Origin: an uncultured Ignavibacteriota bacterium
GTDB taxonomy: Bacteria > Bacteroidota > Ignavibacteria > UBA10030 > UBA8401
Assembly (NCBI GenBank): GCA_903884005.1
Contig: CAISDA010000072.1
Location: 95,522 to 159,521 of the forward strand
Length of the DNA stretch: 64,000 nt
Reading direction: 5' to 3'
The notes beneath the pieces were generated by a model. That model did not search any database. It was not told the DNA's origin and saw nothing but the letters and a program-made list of their open reading frames with translations. Position 1 is the first letter of the stretch. Every line of letters starts with the position of its first letter. Made by a program: the position numbers and the translations under genes. Positions 19,787-30,714 of this stretch are shown piece by piece.

Positions 19787-20296
19787 ATGCGCGCACCGGC
19801 GGCAACTCACACTCTTTCACCTATGGCTGCTAAACAGAAAATAGACATCGAATATCGACTGTTGGTCGTGCCCGCGTTCGACGAAACGCTGCAACAGCAC
19901 GGCATGCTGTTCCTTGTGGAAACAGTGAAGCAGTTCACGAATTTCAATTATCAGATTCTCATAGAGGAATCGAGCGCGAAACGAACCGTCACGTGGAAGA
20001 TTCACGGACTCAGCGCCCCCGCGATGAGCATGCCGGCGATCGGCGGAGCGCGGTATGATAAAATATATTTTGGTTTGAGCGGCACGGTCCACTTTACGCT
20101 CATTAAAAAAGACGGCCAGGAAAACACGGTCACCGTGAAGGTCAGTCCGACCGGTGTCAAACTCATCGACATGCCGCAGCACTCGTTCATCGCAGTGTAC
20201 ACAGGCAGCGACGAATTCGAGGCAAAGCGGACCGACGACATGCAGAAACCATCGCATAAGCCGGACATCCACAGAGCCGTTCCGGGCCACAAATAA
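19787..20296 (+). CDS. Hypothetical protein (alternative start 19823)
   Basis: Fills the hisS-lgt gap on the operon strand; globular beta-rich composition; no family recognised. Confidence 0.7.
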   Translation: MRAPAATHTLSPMAAKQKIDIEYRLLVVPAFDETLQQHGMLFLVETVKQFTNFNYQILIEESSAKRTVTWKIHGLSAPAMSMPAIGGARYDKIYFGLSGTVHFTLIKKDGQENTVTVKVSPTGVKLIDMPQHSFIAVYTGSDEFEAKRTDDMQKPSHKPDIHRAVPGHK

Positions 20297-20335
20297 GGTT
20301 CCTCTTCCTCCTTTACAGCAGAAAGTTGTTCGAGC

Positions 20336-21148
20336 ATGTGTCCAGTCTTATTTACAATCGGGGGCCTTCCGATCTATAGTTTCGGGCTGATGATGGGAAT
20401 CTCGTTCATCATCGGTTCCACCATTTTGACGGGCGAGCTGCGGCGCAAGAAGATGAATCCCGACATGGGCAGCACCATCACGCTCTTGGCGCTGGTGGGC
20501 GGCATTTCAGGATCGAAGATCTTGTTTCTGATCGAAAATTGGGGCGACTTCATCGACAATCCGTGGAGGATGGCATTCTCTCCGGGCGGCTTGACATTTT
20601 ACGGCGGATTCGTCCTTGCAACGATTCTCATCGCCGTGTATCTTCGCAGACAGCATGTGAGTTTTTGGCGCATCGCCGATGCCGCCTCGCCGCCGCTGCT
20701 CTTGTCGTACGGCATCGCCCGCATCGGATGCCACCTGGCGGGAGACGGGGATTACGGATTTCCCACGTCGCTTCCCTGGGGGACGGATTATTCGAAGGGC
20801 ACGTATCCTCCGTCGGCGGCGTTTAAGGATTTTCCGGAGATCGCCTCGAAATATCCTCACGGAGTCGTGCCGGATGCGACACTGTGCCATCCCACGCCGA
20901 TCTACGAATTTCTACTCTGTTCGATCCTGTTCTATTTTTTATGGAAGGCGCGCAAACGTCTCGGGCCCGACGGAACGGTGTTCGCCGCCTATCTCGTGCT
21001 TGCCGGAGCGGAGCGGTTCATCATTGAATTTTTCCGGCTCAACGAACGGTTTCTTCTGGGACTCTCCGAGGCGCAGATCATCGCCCTCGTTCTTATCACC
21101 ATGGGTGCGATCGGCTTTCGTCATCTGCGTTCGCAAATCAAGATCTAA
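20336..21148 (+). CDS. lgt: Prolipoprotein diacylglyceryl transferase
   Basis: GGLTFYGG, RIGCHLAGDGDYG, HPTPIYE, RFIIEFFR; multi-TM. Confidence 0.95.
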   Translation: MCPVLFTIGGLPIYSFGLMMGISFIIGSTILTGELRRKKMNPDMGSTITLLALVGGISGSKILFLIENWGDFIDNPWRMAFSPGGLTFYGGFVLATILIAVYLRRQHVSFWRIADAASPPLLLSYGIARIGCHLAGDGDYGFPTSLPWGTDYSKGTYPPSAAFKDFPEIASKYPHGVVPDATLCHPTPIYEFLLCSILFYFLWKARKRLGPDGTVFAAYLVLAGAERFIIEFFRLNERFLLGLSEAQIIALVLITMGAIGFRHLRSQIKI

Positions 21149-21208
21149 ACCGCATCAGGGCGGATGTGAAATTTAACGCCTCGCGCGGGGCATGCATAAG
21201 GTACGACT

Positions 21209-21934
21209 ATGAATGTAATCACGGGCAGGCATCCGGTCATTGAGGCGTTGAAATCGGGAACGCTGATTGAAAAGATACTCATCTCGAAGAGCACGCACGG
21301 CGAAGCGATCCACACGATCCGCATGCTGGCGCGCGAACGGAACATCCTCTGCACGGACGTCCAGGCGGAAAAACTCAGCAAGTATACGGATTCGCAGACG
21401 ACGCAGGGCGTGCTCGCCGTATTGGGAGAAAAAATATATTGCGAGGTCGACGACATCATTGCGGTGGCCGAGCAGAGGAACGAGAAGCCCTTCATACTCA
21501 TCTTCGACGAGATCGAAGACCCTCACAATCTGGGCGCGCTTATCAGAAGCGCCGTGTGCGTCGGCGCGCACGGAGGGATCATTCCGAAACACAATGCAGC
21601 TTCCGTGACCGAGACCGTCGCAAAGACATCGGCCGGGGCGAGCATCCACTTCCCCATTGCAAAAGTCACGAACATAGCGCAGACCATCGACGAGCTCAAG
21701 GAACTCGGCGTGTGGATCGTCGGGACGGATGTTGCGGCCCCGAAACCGTTCACGCAGATCGATTACACGATGGCGCTCGCCATCGTTGTCGGCAACGAGG
21801 GCCGCGGCATGCGGCGGCTCGTGAAGGACAAATGCGATTTTCTCGTTTCCATTCCCATGCGCGGCACGATGGATTCGTTCAACGCCTCTGTGGCCGGCGC
21901 CCTCCTCATGTACGAAGTCTTCCGCCAGCGCTAG
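21209..21934 (+). CDS. rlmB: 23S rRNA Gm2251 2'-O-methyltransferase (SPOUT)
   Basis: GRHPVIEAL, DPHNLGALIRSA, VVGNEGRGM, IPMRGTMDSFNASVA. Confidence 0.95.
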   Translation: MNVITGRHPVIEALKSGTLIEKILISKSTHGEAIHTIRMLARERNILCTDVQAEKLSKYTDSQTTQGVLAVLGEKIYCEVDDIIAVAEQRNEKPFILIFDEIEDPHNLGALIRSAVCVGAHGGIIPKHNAASVTETVAKTSAGASIHFPIAKVTNIAQTIDELKELGVWIVGTDVAAPKPFTQIDYTMALAIVVGNEGRGMRRLVKDKCDFLVSIPMRGTMDSFNASVAGALLMYEVFRQR

Positions 21935-22025
21935 AAGCACGGAACTTCCGTGCAGACCGATACGAAAATACTGGTGATGACAACACAAGACGGCGGCACG
22001 CGTCGCTTCGAGAAAGCTGATACAC

Positions 22026-24077
22026 GTGAAGACGATAGTCGCGGCAGTAGTGGTTGTATTATTTTCCTTCATGCATCCCCTTCCTATGCGGGCCGACTGG
22101 ACACAATGGAAAGGCCTTGAGAGCGGCGACGTTCATGCCTTCGCCGTTTCCGGCGGAAATCTTTATGCCGGCACAGACCGCGGCGTGTATCTTTCCACAG
22201 ATTACGGATGGAACTGGACCTCGATCGGCATGGAAAAGTCCACTGTGAACGCTCTGGCGGTCTTTGGTCCGAACCTTTTTGCGGCAACCGAGAGCGGCAT
22301 CTTTCTGTATGCCGACAACGGACTGGGCTGGAAATCGGTCCCCTATGGCCAGTATGGTGATCGAGGCGTCCTATGCCTTGCGGTTTCCGACACAAGTCTG
22401 GTGCTTGGGACGCCTTATGGCCTCTTTGTCGCAAAAATCAACGGAGCACGATTGGTGACGATGTTTACAGCATTAGATCGTACGCCCGTGTATACACTGC
22501 TGAAAAACGACAGCCGTCTGTATGCAGGCACGGATAGCGGCCGTGTCTCGTTTTCCAGCAACAACGGCGCGACATGGACAGCGCTCACTATCGGAAGCGC
22601 GGCTCGAGTTCGCGCCATTGCCGTATCCGGCGCGAATCTTTTTGCAGGGACTGACAGCGGTGTGTTTCGTTCGACCACCAACGGCGCCAGTTGGACAAGT
22701 GTCAATACCGGATTAACGAATCACGTGGTCAATGCTCTGACTCTTTCCGGATCGGCTCTGATTGCCGGCACCGACGGCGGAGGCGTCTTTCGTTCCGAGA
22801 ACAACGGCGACGATTGGACAAGCGTTAATACCGGCGTGACGAACATGCGTGTTCTGTCGCTCGGCGTCAACGGACCGAATCTTTTTGCCGGGAGCGACGG
22901 AAGCGGAGTTTTTGTGTCGACCACCAATGGCGCGCGATGGAACAACACAGGCTTCGATGTCGTGAACGTCAATGCGCTTGCCACAGTAGGCACTGACCTC
23001 GTCGCCGGAACCGATCGCGGCGTCTTTTTTTTCAACTTCATCGATTCAGCATGGAGACCGTACAACATCGGCGTGAAGCGCGCGTCTGTGAGCTCGCTCG
23101 TTGTTTCCGGCTCTAGGATGATCGCCGGAGCAGATAGCGGCGTCTTTGTATCATTGGATAAAGGCATAAGCTGGGCCATCGCCGATTCCACACCAACGCA
23201 CACGAATGTACTCGCTCTCTCAGGCTCGACGATATTTGCCGGAACAAATGACGGTGTCTTTGTCTCTGCGGACAACGGAACACACTGGGTGAAGTCGAAC
23301 AGCGGCTTGGCGAATACCTATGTTCAATCACTTGCCATGGTCGACACCATTCTTTATGCCGGTACTGCGCGAGGCGTCTTCCGTTCCACCAATCGAGGCA
23401 TACCATGGACAGCAGTCGGATTGACAGATTATTCCGTCCATGCTTTTGCAAAGTTAAACGGTGGTGTCTGCGCCGGAACGGACGGCGGTTGTTTTCTCTC
23501 TGCCGACAACGGCATGAGCTGGACGCTGCTCGACCCATCTTCAACACCCAGGAATGTTTTATCGTTGTATGGTAGCGGGTTCTCCTTCTATGCGGGGACA
23601 AACGGCGAGGGGATTTTTTTCGCCGGCCAGAACGTAACATCCCTGTGGAGACCATTAAGCCGGGGTATCCCGAATGCGTATACGACAGCATTGACCTATG
23701 TACGGGGGAATTTGTGGGCCGGAACGCTCGGCAGCGGAGTATGGCGGCGGTCGTCGGAAGAATGGATCACTGGAGCGGCCGATCATGACAAGCATATCCC
23801 GGTGAATTTTTCTCTTGGCCCGAACTATCCGAATCCGTTCAATCCGAGTACGACAATAGGATATTCGCTGCCCGAGAGAAGCATGATCACTGTGCGAGTG
23901 TACGATGTGATGGGACGAATGATATTGATGCTGGCAGAGGGAAACAAGGAAGCAGGGTCGTACACCGTCTCGTTGAACGGTGCAGGTTTGTCCAGCGGCG
24001 TCTATTTTTACCGCATGACGGCCCAGCATGGAACGGCCATATGGACCGATGTACAAAAAATGGTGCTGACAAAATAA
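22026..24077 (+). CDS. Secreted beta-propeller repeat protein with T9SS type A sorting domain
   Basis: Signal peptide; many roughly 40-aa repeats (LFAGT..GVF.S..NG..W); CTD NYPNPFNPSTTI...GVYFYRM...KMVLTK. Confidence 0.92.
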   Translation: MKTIVAAVVVVLFSFMHPLPMRADWTQWKGLESGDVHAFAVSGGNLYAGTDRGVYLSTDYGWNWTSIGMEKSTVNALAVFGPNLFAATESGIFLYADNGLGWKSVPYGQYGDRGVLCLAVSDTSLVLGTPYGLFVAKINGARLVTMFTALDRTPVYTLLKNDSRLYAGTDSGRVSFSSNNGATWTALTIGSAARVRAIAVSGANLFAGTDSGVFRSTTNGASWTSVNTGLTNHVVNALTLSGSALIAGTDGGGVFRSENNGDDWTSVNTGVTNMRVLSLGVNGPNLFAGSDGSGVFVSTTNGARWNNTGFDVVNVNALATVGTDLVAGTDRGVFFFNFIDSAWRPYNIGVKRASVSSLVVSGSRMIAGADSGVFVSLDKGISWAIADSTPTHTNVLALSGSTIFAGTNDGVFVSADNGTHWVKSNSGLANTYVQSLAMVDTILYAGTARGVFRSTNRGIPWTAVGLTDYSVHAFAKLNGGVCAGTDGGCFLSADNGMSWTLLDPSSTPRNVLSLYGSGFSFYAGTNGEGIFFAGQNVTSLWRPLSRGIPNAYTTALTYVRGNLWAGTLGSGVWRRSSEEWITGAADHDKHIPVNFSLGPNYPNPFNPSTTIGYSLPERSMITVRVYDVMGRMILMLAEGNKEAGSYTVSLNGAGLSSGVYFYRMTAQHGTAIWTDVQKMVLTK

Positions 24078-24082
24078 CAACC

Positions 24083-24117
24083 ACATGCCTCAGGTGAATG
24101 ATTCGTCTGAGGCATGT
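24083..24117. terminator. Hairpin between convergent genes, probable intrinsic terminator
   Basis: ACATGCCTCAG...CTGAGGCATGT 11-bp stem; followed on the minus strand by GGTTGTTATTTT. Confidence 0.65.
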
Positions 24118-24135
24118 ATGTATGTGTTGACATAC

Positions 24136-24156
24136 GGGGCGAGCTAACAGCTCGTC
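24136..24156 (-). repeat. REP-like palindrome copy
   Basis: GGGGCGAGCTAACAGCTCGTC, one mismatch from 26671-26691. Confidence 0.75.
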
Positions 24157-24157
24157 A

Positions 24158-26251
24158 TCAATTGAGGAAACGTGTGTTCGCGCGGACCGCGGTGAGTTCG
24201 CGTTCGTCGCGCCGATGTGCGCCCGTCGCTGCTCCGCTGATCGAGAATTGACCGAGCAGCGTCTGGAGATTTGACGTCAGCCGGTTGAGGTCTTCGGCCG
24301 CGCGTGCGATCTGCTGTGTGCCCGCCGCCGATTGTTGTGAGACGCATGAAATGGCCTCGATGTTCTTGCTGATCTGTTCGCTCGCGGTCGACTGCTGTTC
24401 GCTTGCGGCTGCAACCTGGGTCACAACATCGACGACTCTCTCCGCCCCATCGATGATCTCCCTGAGTGAGACGCCCGATTGTTCGGCCAGCTTGCGGCCT
24501 TTTTCAACTTCGAGAGTGCCGCGGTTCATGGACGCAACCGCGCCGGCAGTGTCTTTTTGGATCTGCTTGATCATGACGGCGATCTCTTTTGTGGCCTTTG
24601 TTGTACGTTCGGCCAGCTTGCGCACTTCATCGGCAACCACGGCAAAGCCCCGCCCATGTTCTCCGGCACGGGCTGCTTCTATGGCCGCATTGAGCGCAAG
24701 CAGATTGGTTTGATCGGCAATATCGTCGATCACCTGAACGATTTCGCCGATCTCATCGCTGCTGCTGCCCAACGCCTCCACTGTCGCCGCCGATTGTTTC
24801 ACCACTTCAGCAATGCGCGCCATCCCTTCGATCGTTTCGATCACAACACGGCCGCCGTCTTTGGCCGAAGTGCCAGACTGTTTTGCCATGTTCGCAGCCT
24901 CGGAGGCATTCTTTGTGGTCTCCATGATCGTTTTGGACATCTGTTCGACGGCGCTTGCCACTTCGGCCGCCTGCTGGGTTTGTTCGTGAGCACCCGCCGC
25001 CATTTGCTCCGTGCTCGATGAAATTTCGGAACTCGCACTTGCTGTGGCAGACAGCGCTTCGCTCACATCATTGAGTGTCTTGTCCAGCGATTCGCCGAGC
25101 AGATTAATGCTGTTCTTGATGAGTTGATGATCGCCTTTATACTCCCCTGTCATGCGGACCCGCAAATCGCCTTTCGCCATGACGGCAAGCACGTCTGATC
25201 CCTCCTTCACCGGCAGTATCACGGCATCGAGTGTGCGATTCACACCGTCCACGATCTCGCGGTAGCCTCCCTTGAAACGTTCCGAGCGTCCCCGTATGCC
25301 GAGTCTGCCGTCGACTGCAGCAGTCGTGAGCATTGTCGATTCTGCGACAAGGTCACGGAGCGCTTCCACAATGCTGATCATAGCCGGTGCAATTTCGTCT
25401 TTATCGTCGAGGTTCTTTATTTCCACATTCAGGTCCCCGTCTGCAATTGTGTAGATGTTCGTGACCATTGCCTGAAGCACCTCGGCAAAGCTATCCATAC
25501 GGTGTACCAGGACGCCGATCTCATCTGTGCGATCCAGGTTGAGCCGGACGCCTAAATGTGCCTTGCTTAATTCATCCATCATTGCGACACCCTGTGCCAG
25601 CGGTTTTGTGATGATACGGGAAATGAGCAGCCCGAAACCAATGGCGAGTGCAAAACCGACGACAATGAACGCGATCATCTGTTTTGTCGCCGAAGCAGCA
25701 AGGTTCGTGTTGTCATCGGATCGTCCCTTCCCTTCACCCACTTGCATGCTGACTAATTTGGCGAGGGCGTTTTGGAAATTTACACGCGCACTTTCAGCCT
25801 CGCCCTTCCATAACAGCTTCGCTTCGGATCTTTTTCCCGTTTCGCAGAGGGAGGCCATGCGATCGACGAGGGGGATAAAAATTTTCCTCTGTGCTTTAAG
25901 ATCCGCAATTCCAATTTTTTCCTGCTCCGACATCGGTGCGTTTTCGAAATCGACGACGAATTTCGTAATATCGGCCCGCCGTTCGAGCAGATTTTTTTTC
26001 CACAGTTGTGTTTCGTCCGGCGTTTCAGCATTGACCATATTGGCGATGTCGACACGCATTCGTTGGAAATTTGTGGAGGCATCACCAATGGATTCGACTT
26101 GTACCAGGGTGGAATACAGTTCGGTGCCGCTGTCATCCAATTCACGAATATTTTTTATTCCGATTGCCCCGATCACTGCGGCGATGACGGCGATAAAGGT
26201 AAACCCGGACATGAGTTTGTCTTTGATGTTAAGATTGATAAACCAATTCAT
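24158..26251 (-). CDS. Methyl-accepting chemotaxis protein (4HB sensor, HAMP domains)
   Basis: Two TMs, HAMP (DEIG), signalling tip [38 protein letters not shown]; start set at [13 protein letters not shown]. Confidence 0.96.
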   Translation of the reverse strand: MNWFINLNIKDKLMSGFTFIAVIAAVIGAIGIKNIRELDDSGTELYSTLVQVESIGDASTNFQRMRVDIANMVNAETPDETQLWKKNLLERRADITKFVVDFENAPMSEQEKIGIADLKAQRKIFIPLVDRMASLCETGKRSEAKLLWKGEAESARVNFQNALAKLVSMQVGEGKGRSDDNTNLAASATKQMIAFIVVGFALAIGFGLLISRIITKPLAQGVAMMDELSKAHLGVRLNLDRTDEIGVLVHRMDSFAEVLQAMVTNIYTIADGDLNVEIKNLDDKDEIAPAMISIVEALRDLVAESTMLTTAAVDGRLGIRGRSERFKGGYREIVDGVNRTLDAVILPVKEGSDVLAVMAKGDLRVRMTGEYKGDHQLIKNSINLLGESLDKTLNDVSEALSATASASSEISSSTEQMAAGAHEQTQQAAEVASAVEQMSKTIMETTKNASEAANMAKQSGTSAKDGGRVVIETIEGMARIAEVVKQSAATVEALGSSSDEIGEIVQVIDDIADQTNLLALNAAIEAARAGEHGRGFAVVADEVRKLAERTTKATKEIAVMIKQIQKDTAGAVASMNRGTLEVEKGRKLAEQSGVSLREIIDGAERVVDVVTQVAAASEQQSTASEQISKNIEAISCVSQQSAAGTQQIARAAEDLNRLTSNLQTLLGQFSISGAATGAHRRDERELTAVRANTRFLN

Positions 26252-26491
26252 TGGCGTTGTTCCGAATGAAGTGAAGGGAATAACAGACAGTATACACAAA
26301 GGATCGGTTCAGTACCGTTTTGACGGCTTTCCACATTTGACCGGCGTGAGCGCTGCTTCCCTCTGTGTTCGTGATAAATATACGCTGGATATACGGTGCA
26401 GGAAAGATGTGATTGTCTCTTTTCCGTTAGGGAGTTTGTCTTGCACGCGAGGGGAAGCGAAAACCGAGGAGGCGGAAAGAGAGCAGCAACA

Positions 26492-26599
26492 GCGGGGCCA
26501 GCTGTTAGCTCGCCCGGCAATAAATATAATCTGCGGCATAGATGGTCCGTGTAGGACGAACGGTCAGCTCGTCCAGGTCGAGATAACATCTTGCCCTGC
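26492..26599. repeat. Cluster of three REP-like palindromes including an inverted doublet
   Basis: GCGGGGCCAGCTGTTAGCTCGCCC (26492-26515), GTAGGACGAACGGTCAGCTCGTCC (26551-26574), and reverse copy GCAGGGCAAGATGTTATCTCGACC (26576-26599). Confidence 0.75.
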
Positions 26600-26606
26600 T
26601 ATGAAA

Positions 26607-26658
26607 ATGCCTCACCGGAATGCAGATCGCATTCCGGTGAGGCATGTGGTTTTTTTTT
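26607..26658. terminator. Intrinsic terminator downstream of nifJ (T-tracts on both strands)
   Basis: Perfect 17-bp stem ATGCCTCACCGGAATGC / GCATTCCGGTGAGGCAT with a 5-nt loop. Confidence 0.85.
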
Positions 26659-26670
26659 GACACCGCGCGC

Positions 26671-26705
26671 GGGGCGAGCTAACAACTCGTCTTGCATCGG
26701 TGCGC
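26671..26705 (-). repeat. REP-like palindrome copy with shared linker
   Basis: GGGGCGAGCTAACAACTCGTCTTGC running into ATCGGTGCGC; the linker recurs at 10935 and 58230. Confidence 0.75.
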
Positions 26706-26715
26706 CTGCCGCATG

Positions 26716-29700
26716 TTACTTCACTTCGGCCGGGCCGAACTTCGCGGCCGCAAGCTGTTCGTACTGCTTCCAGCGATCGTCCACATCCTGCTGCGAGAGT
26801 GCCAGCAGCCGGTGCGCTTCTGCCGGGTTGCTCTTGGTCAACATCTTATACCGGATCTCCTTGTATGCATACTCTTCGAACTTGATCTTCGGAGGTTTCG
26901 AATCCAGTTTGAACGGGTTCTTGCCTTCCAGCGCAAGCGCCGGGTTGTACCGGAACAGCGGCCAGTGACCGCTGTCGACGGCAAGTTTCTGGTTGTTCAT
27001 GCCTTCGGCCATGTTGATGCCGTGCGCGATGCAATGGCTGTAGGCGATGATCAGCGACGGGCCGTCGTAGGCTTCCGCTTCGAGGATGGTTCTGACCGTA
27101 TGAAGATCGTTCGCTCCCATTGCGATGCGCGCTACATACACCGAACCGTACGTCATCGCCATCATGCCGAGGTCCTTCTTGCCTGTCAATTTGCCGCCAG
27201 CCGCGAATTTTGCAACCGCGCCGCGGGGCGTGGACTTGGACATCTGTCCGCCCGTGTTCGAATAGACTTCGGTGTCGAGCACGAGAATGTTGACGTTCTT
27301 TCCCGACGCGATAACATGGTCCAACCCGCCGTAGCCGATGTCGTATGCCCATCCGTCGCCGCCCATGATCCAGACCGATTTTTTCACGAGATAATCGGCG
27401 AGTGAATCCAATTGGCGGGCGTCGATCGATGTCTGGCCGGAAAGTTTCTCCTTCAACAGTTTGACACGGTCACGCTGCGCGTAGATATTCGCTTCGGTAG
27501 ACTGGTCTGCCGTGATGAGATCGGTGACAAGCTGTTCGCCGATCGTTGTCGAAAGTCGCTTCAGCAATTCCTGTGCGTATTCCATGTGCTTGTCCACCGA
27601 GAGGCGGAAGCCGAGACCAAATTCGGCGTTGTCTTCGAAGAGTGAATTCGCCCATGCGGGTCCGCGTCCGTCGGCGTTTTTCGTCCACGGTGTTGTGGGC
27701 AAATTGGCGCCGTAGATGGACGAGCAGCCTGTCGCGTTCGCAACCAGTGTCCGGTCGCCGAAGAGCTGGCTGACCAGTTTCACGTACGGAGTTTCGCCGC
27801 AGCCCGAGCAGGCGCCGGAGAATTCGAAGAGCGGCTGCAGGAACTGCGAGCCTTTGATCGTATCCATTGCCACTGTTGTGCGGTCAGCTTCGGGAAGGCC
27901 GAGGAAGAAGTCCCAATTCGCGCGCTCGGGTATGCGGAGCGGCAGCTGTTCCTTCATGTTGATGGCCTTCAGGCGCACTTCCGATTTGTTCTTTGCGGGG
28001 CAGATCTCGACGCAGATGCCGCATCCGGTACAATCCTCGGCTGCAACCTGGATCGTGTATTTCTGTCCCTTGTATTCGTTGCCCCGGTACGGCGTGCTCT
28101 TGAACGTCTCGGGAGCGCCGGCGAGTTCTTTTTCGTCGTACACTTTGATGCGGATTGTGGCATGCGGACAAACGAGCGCGCACTTGCCGCACTGGATGCA
28201 GAGGTTTTCGTCCCACACCGGGATTTCGAGTGCGATGTTGCGTTTCTCCCACGCAGCCGTTCCCACGGGGAATGTTCCGTCGTTCGGCAGAGCGCTCACC
28301 GGGAGATCGTCGCCTTTGCCGGCGATCATTTTCGCCGTCACAAATTTTACGAAATCGGGAGCCTTGTCCGAAACGACCGGGGGCAGTTCGAGCGTGCTGG
28401 TCGCTGTCGCAGGGATCTCGACCTGAAAGAGATGCTCGAGGGTCTGGTCGACAGCGGTGTAATTCATCTTGACGATCTCTTCGCCTTTTTTGCCGTATGT
28501 TTTTTTGATCGAATATTTGATGGCCTTAATGGCATCGTCTTTCGGCAGCACGCCGGAGATGGCGAAGAAGCACGTCTGCATGATCGTATTGACGCGGCTG
28601 CCCATGCCTGTTTTCTGGGCGACGGCGTATCCGTCAATCACATAGAATTTCAACTTTTTCGTGATGATCTCCTGCTGCACCGGCCGGGGAATATGATCCC
28701 AGACGGTGTCGGGTCCGAACGGACTGTTCAACAGGAATGTGCCGCCCTCGACGATATTCTCGAGGATGTTGAATTTTTCGAGGAACATCCACTGATGGCA
28801 TGCGACGAAGCTCGAGGCAGTGATCAGATACGTGGAGCGGATCTGGCGCGGACCAAACCGCAGATGCGACGTGGTTGTCGAGCCCGATTTCTTGGAGTCG
28901 TACACGAAATAGCCCTGCGCGAAAAACGGCGTATCTTCGCCGATGATCTTGATCGAATTCTTGTTCGCGCCCACGGTGCCGTCTGCGCCGAGGCCGTAGA
29001 ACATCGCGCGCACGACATCGGGCTTCTCTGTGACGAACGACATGTCACAGGTAAGGCTTGTATGCGTGACATCGTCGTTGATGCCGACGGTGAAATGATT
29101 TTTCGGCTTGTCTTTTTTCAGTTCATCGTAGATCGCCTTCACATGAGCGGGAACGAACTCTTTGCCTGCGATTCCGTAACGGCCGCCGATGATCTTCGGG
29201 GCGACGGTGAACGGGGCGATGCCGTCGTTCATTGCTTCGCCGATGGCCGTGAGCACATCCTGATACAACGGTTCGCCGAGGCCGCCCGGTTCCTTGGTGC
29301 GGTCGAGCACGGCGATCGCTTTCACCGTTGCGGGAAGCGCCTGGACGAAATGCTTGATGGAGAACGGACGGAACAAGCGCACTTTGATGACGCCGATCTT
29401 TTCGCCTTGTTCGACGAGCGCGTCGATCGTTTCATGCACTGCTTCGGAACCGGAGCCGATGATGACGATCACTCGGTCGGCATCGGGAGCGCCGTAATAA
29501 TCGAACAGATTGTACTGGCGTCCGACGAGTGCGGCAAATTTATCCATCGTTTTCTGGACCACGCCCGGGCATGCGTTGTAGAACGGGTTGCATGTTTCGC
29601 GCGACTGGAAGTACGTGTCGGGATTCGAAGCTGTTCCGCGAAGCAGCGGATTTTCCGGGTTAATGGCGCGGAGGCGGTGCGCGAGAATGAGCTCTTCATC

Positions 29701-30303
29701 CATCATCGCGCGGATATCCGCATCGCTCAGCTGTTCGATCTTCATCACTTCATGCGACGTGCGGAAGCCGTCGAAAAAATGGAGGATCGGGAGACGTCCT
29801 TCGAGTGTGGCCGCCTGCGAGATGAGCGCAAAGTCCATGACTTCCTGCACCGAGTGCGATGCGAGCATGACGAAGCCCGTCTGGCGAATGCCCATCACAT
29901 CCGAGTGGTCGCCGAAGATGGACAACGTCTGTGTCGTCAGCGCGCGGGCCGAAACGTGGAACACCGTGGGCGTCAATTCGCCGGCGATCTTGTACATGTT
30001 CGGGATCATGAGGAGCAAACCCTGCGACGCCGTAAAGGTCGTCGTGAGCGAACCGGCCTGCAATGCACCGTGGACGGCGCCGGCAGCGCCGCCTTCACTT
30101 TGAAGTTCGGCCACGACCGGCACCGTACCCCAGATATTTTTACGGCCTTCGGACGACCATTGATCGCACCATTCGCCCATATTGGACGACGGCGTGATCG
30201 GATAAATTGCAATGACTTCATTCGTTTTATGAGCGACGTATGCGGCGGCTTCATTACCGTCGATCGTCACCATTTTTCGTTCCATTGATTCATCTGCTTC
30301 CAT
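26716..30303 (-). CDS. nifJ: Pyruvate:ferredoxin/flavodoxin oxidoreductase
   Basis: YPITPSS, QSEGGAAGAVHG, two CxxCxxCxxxCP ferredoxin motifs, GACSGCGE, GGDGWAYDIG; ATG 30303 has GAGAGGA upstream. Confidence 0.98.
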   Translation of the reverse strand: MEADESMERKMVTIDGNEAAAYVAHKTNEVIAIYPITPSSNMGEWCDQWSSEGRKNIWGTVPVVAELQSEGGAAGAVHGALQAGSLTTTFTASQGLLLMIPNMYKIAGELTPTVFHVSARALTTQTLSIFGDHSDVMGIRQTGFVMLASHSVQEVMDFALISQAATLEGRLPILHFFDGFRTSHEVMKIEQLSDADIRAMMDEELILAHRLRAINPENPLLRGTASNPDTYFQSRETCNPFYNACPGVVQKTMDKFAALVGRQYNLFDYYGAPDADRVIVIIGSGSEAVHETIDALVEQGEKIGVIKVRLFRPFSIKHFVQALPATVKAIAVLDRTKEPGGLGEPLYQDVLTAIGEAMNDGIAPFTVAPKIIGGRYGIAGKEFVPAHVKAIYDELKKDKPKNHFTVGINDDVTHTSLTCDMSFVTEKPDVVRAMFYGLGADGTVGANKNSIKIIGEDTPFFAQGYFVYDSKKSGSTTTSHLRFGPRQIRSTYLITASSFVACHQWMFLEKFNILENIVEGGTFLLNSPFGPDTVWDHIPRPVQQEIITKKLKFYVIDGYAVAQKTGMGSRVNTIMQTCFFAISGVLPKDDAIKAIKYSIKKTYGKKGEEIVKMNYTAVDQTLEHLFQVEIPATATSTLELPPVVSDKAPDFVKFVTAKMIAGKGDDLPVSALPNDGTFPVGTAAWEKRNIALEIPVWDENLCIQCGKCALVCPHATIRIKVYDEKELAGAPETFKSTPYRGNEYKGQKYTIQVAAEDCTGCGICVEICPAKNKSEVRLKAINMKEQLPLRIPERANWDFFLGLPEADRTTVAMDTIKGSQFLQPLFEFSGACSGCGETPYVKLVSQLFGDRTLVANATGCSSIYGANLPTTPWTKNADGRGPAWANSLFEDNAEFGLGFRLSVDKHMEYAQELLKRLSTTIGEQLVTDLITADQSTEANIYAQRDRVKLLKEKLSGQTSIDARQLDSLADYLVKKSVWIMGGDGWAYDIGYGGLDHVIASGKNVNILVLDTEVYSNTGGQMSKSTPRGAVAKFAAGGKLTGKKDLGMMAMTYGSVYVARIAMGANDLHTVRTILEAEAYDGPSLIIAYSHCIAHGINMAEGMNNQKLAVDSGHWPLFRYNPALALEGKNPFKLDSKPPKIKFEEYAYKEIRYKMLTKSNPAEAHRLLALSQQDVDDRWKQYEQLAAAKFGPAEVK

Positions 30304-30447
30304 AGTGTTCCTCTCTTTTGCTCGATTGAATAAGTTGCATATCATGTTCTCAATGTGGTATCACACGGACCAATCACATTTCAACTGCACACGGCGTTTT
30401 GTCCAGAGCGGACAACAACGAGAAAATATGAGACCGAGAGCACCCTT

Positions 30448-30681
30448 TCACGAATGCTTGGGGTGATCATGTGCAGCTTCGGAAAGCCGTGTCGCCGCTT
30501 CCGCATTCCGGGCATGGACCTCCATGACCGTTTTTCTCAGTTTATTAATGTCGAGCGGATACTGCGGATGTTCTTCGTAGTAGTCCAGGACTTTTTCCAG
30601 CTGATGGCTCAGCATGTCGATTGCCGCATAGTCCTGCAGCATCTTCTGAATATTATGTGACGATAACGTAATGGAGTCCAT
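30448..30681 (-). CDS. Small hypothetical protein (77 aa, probably helical)
   Basis: AGGGA upstream of ATG; lies between the ferredoxin and nifJ on the same strand. Confidence 0.65.
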   Translation of the reverse strand: MDSITLSSHNIQKMLQDYAAIDMLSHQLEKVLDYYEEHPQYPLDINKLRKTVMEVHARNAEAATRLSEAAHDHPKHS

Positions 30682-30714
30682 AGCGAGTTCCCTGTGGTCG
30701 ATCGTAGAGGAGGG

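Noticed and set aside
22100..23760. Recurrent nucleotide similarity that could suggest a repeat array or CRISPR
   Set aside because: Explained by degenerate beta-propeller protein repeats; there is no identical repeat-spacer pattern.
28162..30288. 708-aa plus-strand ORF
   Set aside because: Antisense shadow of nifJ with no motifs; long antisense frames are expected in GC-rich coding DNA.
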